A DNA stretch of 64,000 nt from assembly GCF_031769215.1 (NCBI RefSeq), contig NW_026782522.1, positions 1 to 64,000 of the forward strand, read 5' to 3'. Positions 39,271 through 52,099 of this stretch are shown piece after piece. The notes beneath the pieces were generated by a model that saw only the letters and a program-made list of their open reading frames with translations, ran no database searches and had not been told where the DNA came from. Origin of the DNA: Ylistrum balloti. Its lineage: Eukaryota. Position numbers and translations under genes: made by a program. Position 1 is the first letter of the stretch. Each line of letters starts with the position of its first letter.

Positions 39271-40220
39271 ACCCTAGACTAGTTCACCCCACACTGTAGA
39301 CTAGTTCACCTTACCCTGTGTACTTGTTCACCTTACCCTGTAGATTAGTAAACCTTACCCTGTAGACTAGTTCACCTTACCATGTAGACTGGTTCACCTT
39401 ACCCTGTAGACTAGTTCACCTTACCATGTAGACTGGTTCACCTTACCCTGTAGACTAGTTCACCTCACCCTGTGGACTAGTTCACCTCACCCTGTAGACT
39501 AGTTCACCTTACCCTGTAGATTAGTTCACCTTACCCTGTAGACTGGTTCACCTTACCATGTAGACTGGTTCACCTTACCCTGTGTACTAGTTCACCTTAC
39601 CCTGTAGATTAGTTCACCTTACCCTGTAGACTAGTTCACCTTACCATGTAGACTAGTTCACCTTACCCTGTGTACTAGTTCACCTTACCCTGTGGATTAG
39701 TTCACCTTACCCTGTGGACTAGTTCACCTTACCCTGTAGACTAGTTCACCTTACCCTGTGGACTAGTTCACCTTACCCTGTAGACTAGTTCACCTTACCC
39801 TGTGGACTAGTTCACCTTACCCTGTGGACTAGTTCACCTTACCCTGTGTACTAGTTCACCTTACCCTGTAGACGAGTTCAGATTACCCTGTAGACTAGTT
39901 CACCTTACCCTGTAGACTAGTTCACCTCACCCTGTGGACTAGTTCACCTTACCCTGTAGATTAGTTCACCTTACCCTGTGGACTAGTTCACCTTACCCTG
40001 TAGACTAGTTCACCTCACCCTGTAGACTAGTTCACCTTACCCTGTGTACTAGTTCACCTTACCCTGTAGACTAGTTCACCTTACCCTGTAGACTAGTTCA
40101 GATTACCCTGTAGACGAGTTCAGATTACCCTGTAGACTAGTTCACCTTACCCTGTAGACTAGTTCAGATTACCCTGTGGACTAGTTCACCTTACCCTGTA
40201 GATTAGTTCACCTTACCATA
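39271..40220. repeat. 22-bp minisatellite (TAGACTAGTTCACCTTACCCTG)
   Basis: About 43 highly similar units. Ends in a perfect 14-bp palindrome TTACCATATGGTAA (40213-40226). Confidence 0.97.
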
Positions 40221-40431
40221 TGGTAACCATAACATAAATACTACAAGTCAACAAGATCGTTACATGTCTATCAGATCACCAATTAGACATATAACGTCGT
40301 AAACATTTATCATATAAGATATCAGTGTAGCCTGACAAAGATAAATACATTTCTTTATCACTGGTTAAATACATAGGTATATGGGTCTACAACAGCCTAG
40401 ATATACTGTTCTAGGCAATCAAACTAAGACT

Positions 40432-42715
40432 GTAACTGTACAAGACAGTCACACTGAGATTGTTACTGTACGGGACAGTCACACTGACATTGTAACTGTA
40501 CGGGACAGTCATACTGAGATTTTTACTGTACGGGGCAGTCACACTGAGATTGTTACTGTACGGGGCAGTCAAACTGAGATTGTTACTGTACGGGACAGTC
40601 AAACTGAGATTGTTACTGTACAGGGCAGTCATACTGAGATTGTTACTGTACGGGGCAGTCATACTGAGATTGTTACTGTACAAGACAGTCACACTGACAT
40701 TGTTACTGTCCAGGACAGTCACACTGACATTGTTACTGTACGGGACAGTCATACTGAGATTGTTACTGTACAAGACAGTCACACTGACATTGTTACTGTA
40801 CAAGACAAGTCACACTGACATTGTTACTGTCCAGGACAGTCACACTGTACAGGACAGTCACACTGAGATTGTTACTGTACGGGACAGTCACACTGAGATT
40901 GTTACTGTACGGGACAGTCACACTGACATTGTTACTGTACGGGACAGTCACACTGAGATTGTTACTGTACAAGACAGTCACACTGACATTGTTACTGTAC
41001 AGGACAGTCATACTGACATTGTTACTGTCGGGGACAGTCACAATGACATTGTTACTGTACAGGACAGTCACACTGTACAGGACAGTCACACTGAGATTGT
41101 TACTGTACAGGACAGTCACAATGACATTGTTTCTGTACAGGACAGTCACACAGACATTGTCACTGTACAAGACAGTCACACTGACATTGTTACTGTACAG
41201 GGCAGTCATACTGACATTGTTACTGTCGGGGACAGTCACACTGACATTGTTACTGTACAGGACAGTCACACCGACATTGTTACTGTACAGGACAGTCACA
41301 CTGTACAGGAAAGTCACACTGAGATTGTTACTGTACAGGACAGTCACACTGACATTGTTTCTGTACGGGACAGTCACACTGAGATTGTTACTGTACGGGA
41401 CAGTCACACTGACATTGTTACTGTACAGGACAGTCACACTGTACAGGACAGTCATACTGACATTGTTACTGTCGGGGACAGTCACAATGACATTGTTACT
41501 GTACAGGACAGTCACACTGTACAGGACAGTCACACTGAGATTGTTACTGTACAGGACAGTCACAATGACATTGTTTCTGTACAGGACAGTCACACAGACA
41601 TTGTCACTGTACAAGACAGTCACACTGACATTGTTACTGTACAGGGCAGTCATACTGACATTGTTACTGTCGGGGACAGTCACACTGACATTGTTACTGT
41701 ACAGGACAGTCACATCGACATTGTTACTGTACAGGACAGTCACACTGTACAGGAAAGTCACACTGAGATTGTTACTGTACAGGGCAGTCATACTGAGATT
41801 GTTACTGTACAGGTCAGTCACACTGAGATTGTTACTGTACGGGACAGTCACACTGAGATTGTTACTGTACAAGACAGTCACACTGACATTGTTACTGTCC
41901 AGGACAGTCACACTGACATTGTTACTGTACGGGACAGTCACACTGAGATTGTTACTGTACAAGACAGTCACACTGACATTGTTACTGTACAAGACAGTCA
42001 CACTGACATTGTTACTGTCCAGGACAGTCACACTGTACAGGACAGTCACACTGAGATTGTTACTGTACGGGACAGTCACACTGAGATTGTTACTGTACGG
42101 GACAGTCACACTGACATTGTTACTGTACGGGACAGTCACACTGAGATTGTTACTGTACAAGACAGTCACACTGACATTGTTACTGTACAGGACAGTCATA
42201 CTGACATTGTTACTGTCGGGGACAGTCACAATGACATTGTTACTGTACAGGACAGTCACACTGTACAGGACAGTCACACTGAGATTGTTACTGTACAGGA
42301 CAGTCACAATGACATTGTTTCTGTACAGGACAGTCACACAGACATTGTCACTGTACAAGACAGTCACACTGACATTGTTACTGTACAGGGCAGTCATACT
42401 GACATTGTTACTGTCGGGGACAGTCACACTGACATTGTTACTGTACAGGACAGTCACACCGACATTGTTACTGTACAGGACAGTCACACTGTACAGGAAA
42501 GTCACACTGAGATTGTTACTGTACAGGACAGTCACACTGACATTGTTTCTGTACGGGACAGTCACACTGAGATTGTTACTGTACGGGACAGTCACACTGA
42601 CATTGTTACTGTACAGGACAGTCACACTGTACAGGACAGTCATACTGACATTGTTACTGTACAGGACAGTCACACTGACATTGTTTCTGTACAGGACAGT
42701 CATACCGTGACTTTG
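40432..42715. repeat. 30-bp minisatellite (GACAGTCACACTGACATTGTTACTGTACAG) with 18-bp deletion variant
   Basis: About 80 units. Source of the 730/629/636-aa repeat ORFs. Block duplications at 444-bp and 1188-bp offsets. Confidence 0.97.
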
Positions 42716-45700
42716 TTACAGTACAGTGCAGTCTTACTGTGACTTGTTATTGTATTGACGGGAACTGGTCCGCGAAGCCACATGATCTGATTATCCAAGA
42801 GACATTCTGTGGTCCGGTTAATATACTTTCCGTTGGTGTATTTGATGAAAACGACTCCTCGGTGAAGCGATAACATCTAGCCGTGGAAAGTTGGTCATAA
42901 TCTGCTCAGTGACCCCTTGACTAATGCTGTGCAGCTCTCCGCTCCACATAACCGGCCATAAACTGACAACGTAAAACGGACGAAAATGTCCGGTCTATCG
43001 TGCCTGCGAACAATGATAATATTGGTGAACAAAGAAGTTAACACGTCAACTAATCAAATAATTCGACATATCCAACCAACAAATAAATGACTCTCTAAAA
43101 ACACCTGAGTCATCATATATTACCACAAATAATATCTATATATAGACGATTAGAGTGTTCACTCCTTATCCCGACGCCTGCAAAGGGGCTGAATATATGT
43201 ACACGTAAACGTTTTTATACAAGTGATCAAGTCTCGGTAAATTCGGTCATGTTCTAAAGTAGTATCCATCAAGTTGTGTTTACAAACCGTCGATAACTCA
43301 CGTCAGAAAGACAAATAAGTGAACAGCACTTCTTAATGGAAGTTTATAATGAGAGACAGTAGTAAGACAATTAATGAATTGTATCTTACAACTGTTCCAT
43401 AGCCCTAGTGCTAGCAAGTTCGTGGGGACCTCAAGATGTCATGTTAAAAACTATGAAATCATATTTACCCTACAACCGGCGCTGCTATGGTCGCGATACA
43501 CTCGCTACATGTAGTTTGCTGTATTCGACAGCGATGGAAAGCAGATGGATTTTAGGACGTGCATAAAGCGTATATTTTAAGACGTATATACTCTATTTCA
43601 AAAAATGATCTATCCCGACTTATATCGAAAATCACCATATTATATCCTAATATGACACATTTCCTTTCAGACGGTGTAGAATTCGCCACAGTGGCAATCG
43701 TGTGACGTCATTTATTCATGACGTCACAATAGTGTTATTAACCGCGTGTTACACGATATCTACAAAGCCGGCCATGGAATTCTCACACAAAGCGTTAGTT
43801 TAGTTGTGATATAAATATTGATTAGCATGCTTCAAGTCAACCAATTTTTCTTATGTTGAATTAATGTTTTAGATCCGCGATACAATTTGTGTAAAAAGTC
43901 AGTCTAGTTACACAGTTACACCATTAATTTAAAACTCATTTTAAATGTTTAATTTAGATCTTAATCACTGCGAAAAGTTAGAAAAAAATTAGATTTTAGT
44001 ATTTCAATTATCACCGCGGTCTTCCAACAGAAATCAAATGAAAGGGTTACACATGAATGGATGACGTCATCATTGTTATACCACCCGTGCACATTTGAAA
44101 CGAAAAAAAAACGTATCACACTAGGCCTGTATTTCTATATGCATGACCTAGGGCATGGTGTGTCATCAAAAAACCTATGATATAGTCAATCGGCAGGAAC
44201 CATGGGTATATATAACATGCAATTATATATGCAATTCGGAGATTCCTTATTGTAACTCCGTTGCAATGGGTTTTAAATAGTTAAATAATAACCACTGGTT
44301 ATTGTGAATGTTTTGTTAAATATATTTCACTGATAACGGGCAATCTTAATACATGGACACCACATGCTCGGTAAATTTCCCACATAAAGGCATAGACAAG
44401 GGGCTGACCTTAAAACTAATACAGCACACAAATTTGTGTCGCTCGGTTAATACACTGCAAGCAGATATCCAGGGTTGTGTTTGACGTAACTGCCACAGTG
44501 CACCCCCGCGTATTCACAAGTACAAACGTAGTCATGTATGAGAATGACTGGAGACGTACATTATATACACAACAAGACGGGACAGTGGCCATGACAGGAT
44601 CTAAAACTTATTACTAAAGGTCTCTGTAAACATGGAGGATAACCAGATTGTTTCATGTAAGTGTGCCACGTGTAGTTGGGGATAAATTACACACAGATAC
44701 GACAGGTGACCAACATAGGACAGGTACACCGGTGGAGTAAAATTATAGTTCAAGGAGAGGTAAATATTGCAGGAGTGAATGACATGGACGTATGTAAGTA
44801 TTGTGAATGAAATATACGATCGTGTAGTAATACAAATGAAATGTAGCAATTGACAAGAAACGGGAAACAATAGCGGAAGTATGGACGGTACAATAGTTAC
44901 AGAGACGACGAAAAATTCAGACCACGTGGAAGTTGAAAGAAACCTAACGGTATATGAATCTAACACACAATAAACAAGTTAATTTACAAATGTTTATTAA
45001 ACTGGAAAATAGTGTGACGGCGAATATAAGGAGTTGAAAATGGATGTAATGTATAAGTTTATGTAATTAAAAAATCGATAAAAGGATGGGTATATTAAAT
45101 AGGTCTAATATGGACAGGGGAAACTTGAAGGCAGGGGTAGGGCAGAATGGGAAGGTAACGGCACCGGGTTATAGAATTTGTTAAATGTAATTACAGGTAA
45201 GTGTGTCTACAATATATTCCGGTAGCTTTAATATCATTCACTGCCTAATAAGTATCAATCATTTTTCAATACTCGGAAAACATGCTTGGATTTTAGTATG
45301 TCACTCATTTCATGACGTAATTTAGGGTCGTCACGCGAAGTACCAGAACTTTCTGGTCGTTACAGGTACATGTATTTATAAAAACAAGCTGTACATGTCG
45401 GTCATATGTACTCGTGTATGAGATGTCAAGGTCACAGTCACCATTATGTGGTGTACATCAACGGTCGAGGCACGATAACATAGCTCTACAGAACACAGGG
45501 TCATGTTTAGGTTCTTAAAAAAAACGCGGAGTCCTTAAAATGTAGAGACACGCCTCTGTTTAACGATCTTCGAGTGTTTTCGTATTTTGAAATACCGTTT
45601 GTTGACCAGGGCTCTCCTTATAACATCTGAACACTCTATCTTAACCCAATCAGTTGAAATGAAAAACTTGTTACGGTACTAAATATGACGAAAAACGTGT

Positions 45701-46299
45701 TACAATTTCATAAGTTGGGTATAGGGTTGAGATGTTCTTGCTCGGGGAAAAAGCCCGAGTGAGCGGGGGGTTCCGCCAGTGGAGACTAGCCTCTCTCCTG
45801 TCTGGCCGTCAGGAGCCGATACTTTATACTAGCCATGTTAATTAACTGATGAAGTACTAATACACATTAGCTAACAGGTAAGCATGGATTGAAGTATACA
45901 TAGTTATTGACATAGTATTGCACACATAAATGGCAATAGATTCGGCTGTCTACAACAAGATAAAGTTACACTGACCACCATTCAAACTGCTAAGATCGGC
46001 TTCAGGTAATTATATAATAAGGGAATGAATTAATACATGAACATGTGTAGTAGATCAGTAACGACAGAATGTCTCTGGCCACTGGGCAATACATAATTGT
46101 TCACAGTAGATGTCAGTACTAAATTAACACGGGCAGATACATTATGATGAAACATCTCGCTTATGTCTTGCACAATTTTGAATATTTGATCTTACATATT
46201 AACTTAATAGTTCACAGTTATAGAGTGCACGCGCATACTCTAATTAAACGAATAAAATACCTTTGTGTTTAGCCAAATAGTCTAGAATAAAATGTTGGT

Positions 46300-46560
46300 T
46301 GGCTACAGATTTGATACCAGCGGGTTTGTTCAACACGCTGTGGTTTAAGGTATTTTTCGGGTGCCTTGAATTGATCTGTCAAGACAAATTCTGTTTGAAG
46401 AAATCCAAAAAGATAAGTTTATGTATTATAGACTTGTGTTTGTTATTACTTACTTTGATCAAGATTTACATTACGGGTGTTGCCGATGAAGCAGAAAACG
46501 CTTACTCTTCCGGAACACTTGCTCTTGCATTTTTCGGAAGTTTCCATGTGAATCTTACTT
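46300..46560 (+). mobile_element. Decayed Penelope-like element C-terminus and 3' tail
   Basis: Weak FKVFFGCLELI (cf. F.KFYGR..EL), then CGGGTGTTGCCGATGAAGCAGAAAACGCTTACTCTTCCGGAACAC. This resembles the tail of mollusc Penelope-like elements as I recall it. A related copy lies at ~52679-52730. Confidence 0.45.
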
Positions 46561-46679
46561 AAATGTATCCTTTGCCATGACGGTTTTATTGAAGTTTAGT
46601 TAGAATTATGATTATGATGATATAGAGTGTGAATTCACTTTGTTGTTCTAGGAGAGTCACAAAACATCTTCATATCTGT

Positions 46680-46830
46680 GTCAACTTCCGGAACTTCAAG
46701 CATTACCTGGACGGAACTTAACGATACACCAAATAATGAGCATGCGTCATGACGTCATGGTTTAAAATCGAATAACTGTATTGGAGTCTCGCTGGACATC
46801 ATAGTGACGTCATGAATGGGTCGCCGGAAG
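46680..46830 (+). promoter_or_regulatory. Probable promoter of the zinc-finger gene
   Basis: CpG-rich stretch with ETS cores (ACTTCCGG ~46684, CCGGAAG ~46823) and perfect CRE palindromes TGACGTCA at 46750-46757 and 46805-46812, immediately before an ORF ending in a strong donor. Confidence 0.5.
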
Positions 46831-46965
46831 GAGACGATGTGACGCTAAATGATCCTAAACAATCCGGCAAGACAATTGAAGACATGGATAACTTATCTAA
46901 CGAGAAACCGAGAGAGAATTCTGTTGATGTCGTCTATGCTGGAAACAGCAGGCTTCAAAATGGAA
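46812..46965 (+). CDS. Putative first coding exon of the giant C2H2 zinc-finger gene
   Basis: ATG 46812 is the first in frame after TAA 46773-46775 (alternative ATG 46884). MNGSPEGDDVTLNDPKQSGKTIEDMDNLSNEKPRENSVDVVYAGNSRLQNG+A; donor GTAAGT at 46966. Phase 1 matches the phase of the acceptor at 52865. Confidence 0.6.
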
Positions 46966-47277
46966 GTAAGTAAATCTATCAATTTGTTTTTTAGAATAAG
47001 TACATCAGTAAATGAGTGAATAAATAAATGCGATAAAAACAGCATATAAATAAAAACGACATCCGAATATTTTCACAGGTATCGAATGCCGACATATTTT
47101 ACAACTCATTTGCTCTATATTGTATATTTTGTATTGTTTTCTGAATTTCAATCTCAACTCAAACCTCATGAAAGAAATCAGAAAAATCTCGGATAGAACA
47201 CGTTTTATAACACGATAAACAATAGAACGGGTCAATATCATATCTACACAGAATATTTACATCCTTAAATCGGTATT

Positions 47278-48455
47278 AAAATCCCTGATAATTGTATCAC
47301 CATATATTTATATATCCAAGATAATTGTGTCACCCATGTACTTATAAATCCCTGATAATTGTGTCACCCATACTCTTATACATCCCTGATAATGGTGTCA
47401 CCCATATACTTATAAATCCCTGATAATTGTGTCACCCATATACTTATAAATCCGTGATAATGGTGTCACCCATATACTTATACATCCCTGATAATTGTTT
47501 TACCATATACTTATAAATCCGTGATAATGGTGTCACCCATATACTTATAAATCCGTCATAATTGTGTCACCCATATACTTATAAATCCGTGATAATTGTG
47601 TCACCCATGTACTTATAAATCCCTGATAATGGTGTCACCCATATACTTATAAATCCGTGATAATGGTGTCACCCATATACTTATACATCCCTGATAATTG
47701 TTTTACCATATACTTATAAATCCGTGATAATGGTGTCACCCATATACTTATAAATCCGTGATAATGGTGTCACCCATATACTTATAAATCCGTGATAATT
47801 GTGTCACCCATATACTTATAAATCCATGATAATGGTGTCACCCATATACTTATAAATCCGTGATAATGGTGTCACCCATATACTTATAAATCCGTGATAA
47901 TTGTGTCACCCATATACTTATAAATCCATGATAATGGTGTCACCCATATACTTATAAATCCGTGATAATTGTGTCAGCCATATACTTATAAATCCGTGAT
48001 AATGGTGTCACCCATATACTTATAAATCCGTGATAATGGTGTCACACATGTACTTATAAATGCGTGATAATGGTGTCACCCATATAATTATAAATCCGTG
48101 ATAATGGTGTCACCCATATAATTATAAATCCGTGATAATGGTGTCACCCATATACTTATAAATCCGTGATAATTGTGTCACCCATATACTTATAAATCCA
48201 TGATAATGGTGTCACCCATATACTTATAAATCCGTGATAATGGTGTCACCCATATACTTATAAATCCGTGATGATTGTGTCACCCATATACTTATAAATC
48301 CGTGATAATGGTGTCACACATATACTTATAAATGCGTGATAATGGTGTCACCCATATAATTATAAATCCGTGATAATGGTGTCACCCATATAATTATAAA
48401 TCCGTGATAATGGTGTCACCCATATACTTATAAATCCGTGATAATGGTGTCACAC
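47278..48455. repeat. 34-bp minisatellite (AAATCCGTGATAATGGTGTCACCCATATACTTAT), intronic
   Basis: About 34-35 units, with a 33-bp variant. Confidence 0.97.
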
Positions 48456-49087
48456 AATACTAAAATCAGTAAATGTTGTACTGTGTTCGTCCTCGTGATA
48501 GAAAACAACATGGCCCGATGACCTTGTTTACAGAATTACTGAGTCGTTTTAATGTCAGAAGGACCAGGTAGTAGATGTAGTACAAAAGTAGATTCTGGTA
48601 TTCAACAATGTAACCGTTTTAAATCCCCGAATCACTATATAATAGAATTTCACCTCAGTAACAACCGTGAACAAAACAAGTGTGTTTGAGGATGTGAGCA
48701 TGCGTACGTGTGTAGTGTCGTATTTATTGAACACTGTGATCTCTAAGCCACCCCTATCCCCAGTTTCATTTGATTGATGCTGATAACATTACCTTTATGC
48801 AGGAATTTCTTGATTTTCTCGATATGTTTCATTATCTCATGGTGGATATATTATCAATTGACCACCGATATTTTCTCTTCCCACTGCTTCAAGACTTTCC
48901 AACCTCCGCTACAACTGTTTCCATAACAACCTCTCTAACTTATCTCTCGTTTGTTACCTACGAAAGTAATATTTCATTTTTACCAACCCTAAGTTTCAAA
49001 TCCCTCTCATTATCTCATTATTTCCTTCTTAACACCACTTATGTGAAGTCTCTATCCCGGATCCCTCTAATTGTTACCCTTGTTCAC

Positions 49088-49560
49088 CTCTAACCCCCAC
49101 TCCTTCTTCCCCTCTAACCCCCCACTCCTTCTTCACCTCTCCCCCCCCCCACTCATTCTTCCCCTCTCCCCCACTCCTTCTTCACCTCTCCCCCACTCCT
49201 TCCCTCCCCCACTCCTTCTTCCCCTCCTCCCACTCCTTCTTCACCTCTAACCCCCCCACCCCTTCTTCCCCTCTTCCCCCCACTCCTTCCCCTCTAACCC
49301 CCCCACTCCTTCTTCCCCTCTAACCCCTCCAACTCCTTCTTCCCCTCTAACCCCCCCCCCACTCCTTCTTCCCGTCTAACCCCCCCCCACTCCTTCTTTC
49401 CCTCTAACCCCCCAACTCCTTCTTCCCCTCTAACCCCCCACTTCTTCTTCCCCTCTAACCCCCCACTCCTTCTTCCCCTCTAACCCCCCCCACTCCTTCT
49501 TTCCCTCTAACCCCCCAACTCCTTCTTCCCCTCTAACCCCCCCACTCCTTCTTCCCATCT
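49088..49560. repeat. C-rich ~26-29-bp minisatellite (CCCCCACTCCTTCTTCCCCTCTAA), intronic
   Basis: About 18 units with variable C-runs; almost purely pyrimidine on the plus strand. Confidence 0.95.
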
Positions 49561-49734
49561 CCTCTCTACCCGAGAACTTTTTACCATTCCCCTTCTTGAG
49601 CTTTCAACTCTCTCTACCTCGTCCCCTCTCATCATTTCCTTTATTAAGGACCTTCTCTCCAACAACCACTCTCATCTTTCCCATTTCGAACCCCATTCTC
49701 TCTCCAAGAACCACTTTCATTTTCCCCCTTTTTA

Positions 49735-50860
49735 ACCTCCCTCTCTCTGTACTCGTACCCCTCTTATCATTCCCATTTTTAACCCTGTTTCTCTCTCTAG
49801 CCGAACCCCTCTTATCATTCCTATTTTTAACCCCTCCCTATCTACCTGAACCCCTCTTATCATTCCTATTTTCAACCCCTCCCTATCTACCTGAACCCCT
49901 CTTATCATTCCTATTTTCAACCCCTCCCTATCTACCTGAACCCCTCTTATCATTCCTATATTTAACCCCTCTCTATCTACCTGAACCCCTCTTATCATTC
50001 CTATTTTTAACCCCTCTCTATCTACCCGAACCCCTCTTATCATTCCTATTTTCAACCCCTCCCTATCTACCTGAACCCCTCTTATCATTCCTATTTTTAA
50101 CCCCTCTCTATCTACCCGAACCCCTCTTATCATTCCTATTTTTAACCCCTCTCTATCTACCCGAACCCCTCTTATCATTCCTATTTTTAACCCCTCTCTA
50201 TCTACCTGAACCCCTCTAATCATTCCTATTTTCAACCCCTCCCTATCTACCTGAACCCCTCTTATCATTCCTATTTTTAACCCCTCTCTATCTACCCGAA
50301 CCCCTCTTATCATTCCTATTTTCAACCCCTCCCTATCTACCAGAACCCCTCTTATCATTCCTATTTTTAACCCCTCTCTATCTACCTGAACCCCTCTAAT
50401 CATTCCTATTTTCAACCCCGTTTCTCTCTCTACCCGAACCCCTCTTATCATTCCTATTTTTAACCCCTCTCTATCTACCTGAACCCCTCTAATCATTCCT
50501 ATTTTCAACCCCTCCCTATCTACCTGAACCCCTCTTATCATTCCTATTTTCAACCCCTCCCTATCTAACCGAACCCCTCTTATCATTCCTATTTTCAACC
50601 CCTCCGTATCTACCAGAACCAGTCTTATCATTCCTATTTTTAACCCCGTTTCTCTCTCTACCCGAACCCCTCTTATCATTCCTATTTTTAACCCTGTTTC
50701 TCTCTCTACCCGAACCCCTCCTATCATTCCTATTTTCAACCCCTCTCTATCTACCCGAACCCCTCTTATCATTCCTATTTTTAACCCCTCTCTATCTACC
50801 CGAACCCCTCTTATCATTCCCATTTCCAGACCCTTCTCTGTCTACCCGAACCCCTCTCAT
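49735..50860. repeat. 45/48-bp minisatellite (CTACCTGAACCCCTCTTATCATTCCTATTTTTAACCCCTCTCTAT), intronic
   Basis: About 25 units. Source of the 363-aa minus-strand GMIRGVQVDREGLKI ORF. Confidence 0.97.
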
Positions 50861-52099
50861 CATTTTCCTTGTAAACATCATGTTCCAATCGAAACTATCG
50901 CCTATTTCTTAAATAGAATTCTGGTCAAGTATTGTTTGTAGTGCTCCCCCTACCCCTTTCCCCATGGTATCATTAAACATATCCCGCCTTACATGGTAAT
51001 GTTTCACCTAGACAATGATCTTGGATATGGTTAAAGTTCGCGATAGGTAATGTACTTGTATGTCATCCTGTATTGACACTAATAGAGCTAAACTAGGACA
51101 AAGGGACAATGGCTTCCGATACAAGTCAGCTATCAGACCCTTACCCTAAAAATGTACAGATATTATCAGCTATATAAAATCAAACCAGTTACTAGTATGT
51201 ATTACGGAATGTGTTACAGACTTAAACGTATTCACGGTTGTCCAGATATTTTTTGTTTGTTTTTATAAACATTTTTCTCTGGTTCGGTTGATAACCGTAT
51301 CTCACAGATTGTCAGTGTAGATAGGTTTCCTCTTCATGTATCACGGTTGTATATTACAATACATTCTGTTACCATACAATTTTTGTCTGGTTTGGTTGAC
51401 AGCTATTTTGTCAATGTAGCCAGGTCTAATCTTTATTATTAGTATACATAATACAGTAAGTGATGATGAAAATCATGTCATAAGTGTAGATAATACAATA
51501 AGTGATCATGAAAGTCATTAATACTCGTGTTGTATTCTAGCGAATTTGATGTCTATTTATATACTCGTGTTGTATTCTAGCGAATTTTGACCCTGGCAGG
51601 ATTTCTAGGGCTTTGGTTATGAAAAAGAATTTTACAGAATTACAGTAATGAATGACTTATTTTCAATTCTGCGATCGAACAGAATTCTTGCTAGTACACT
51701 TAATTACTCAATTACTTGTTATAATCTCAATATAAATTTAAGTGCTTAACGTACAGTTTAGTTCAGTGTTTAAACGAAAGTAGGACAATTATTGACGATG
51801 TCGACAAAAATAGCGGAAAATCGAAATTGTGCAGAAAAAATCAATTGATCTACAAATTTATCTATACATTTCATAAATCATATGTGTTGTTAGATTCAAT
51901 CCAAGTACTCATACAACTAAGTCTTGGTTAACTCCCGAGTTTAACCTTATGGAAGACGAAAGTTTTAGGGCTTTTCGCTTCAAACGGAAACCCTGCTTTA
52001 GGGGTTGTACATGGTATTCCAATATAGCATGTACACAACCAAACCACGATTTAACGAAATCACTCCAAATAAAAGCCACAAATTTCAACATCCAGACAA

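Noticed and set aside
42738-42962. 225-nt minus-strand segment with good acceptor and donor
   Set aside because: All three frames contain stops; at most a non-coding exon, with no support.
46485-46502. CCGATGA-AGCA-GAAAAC as a second hammerhead
   Set aside because: No stem II, stem III or stem I pairing; it is part of the Penelope-like tail motif.
48534-48567. 34-nt cassette exon candidate in the zinc-finger intron
   Set aside because: Not a multiple of 3; inclusion would frameshift the main exon.
48770-48880. FMQEFL...MFHYLMVDILSI resembling a Penelope RT YIDD region
   Set aside because: Catalytic residues are absent and the similarity is too short to support.
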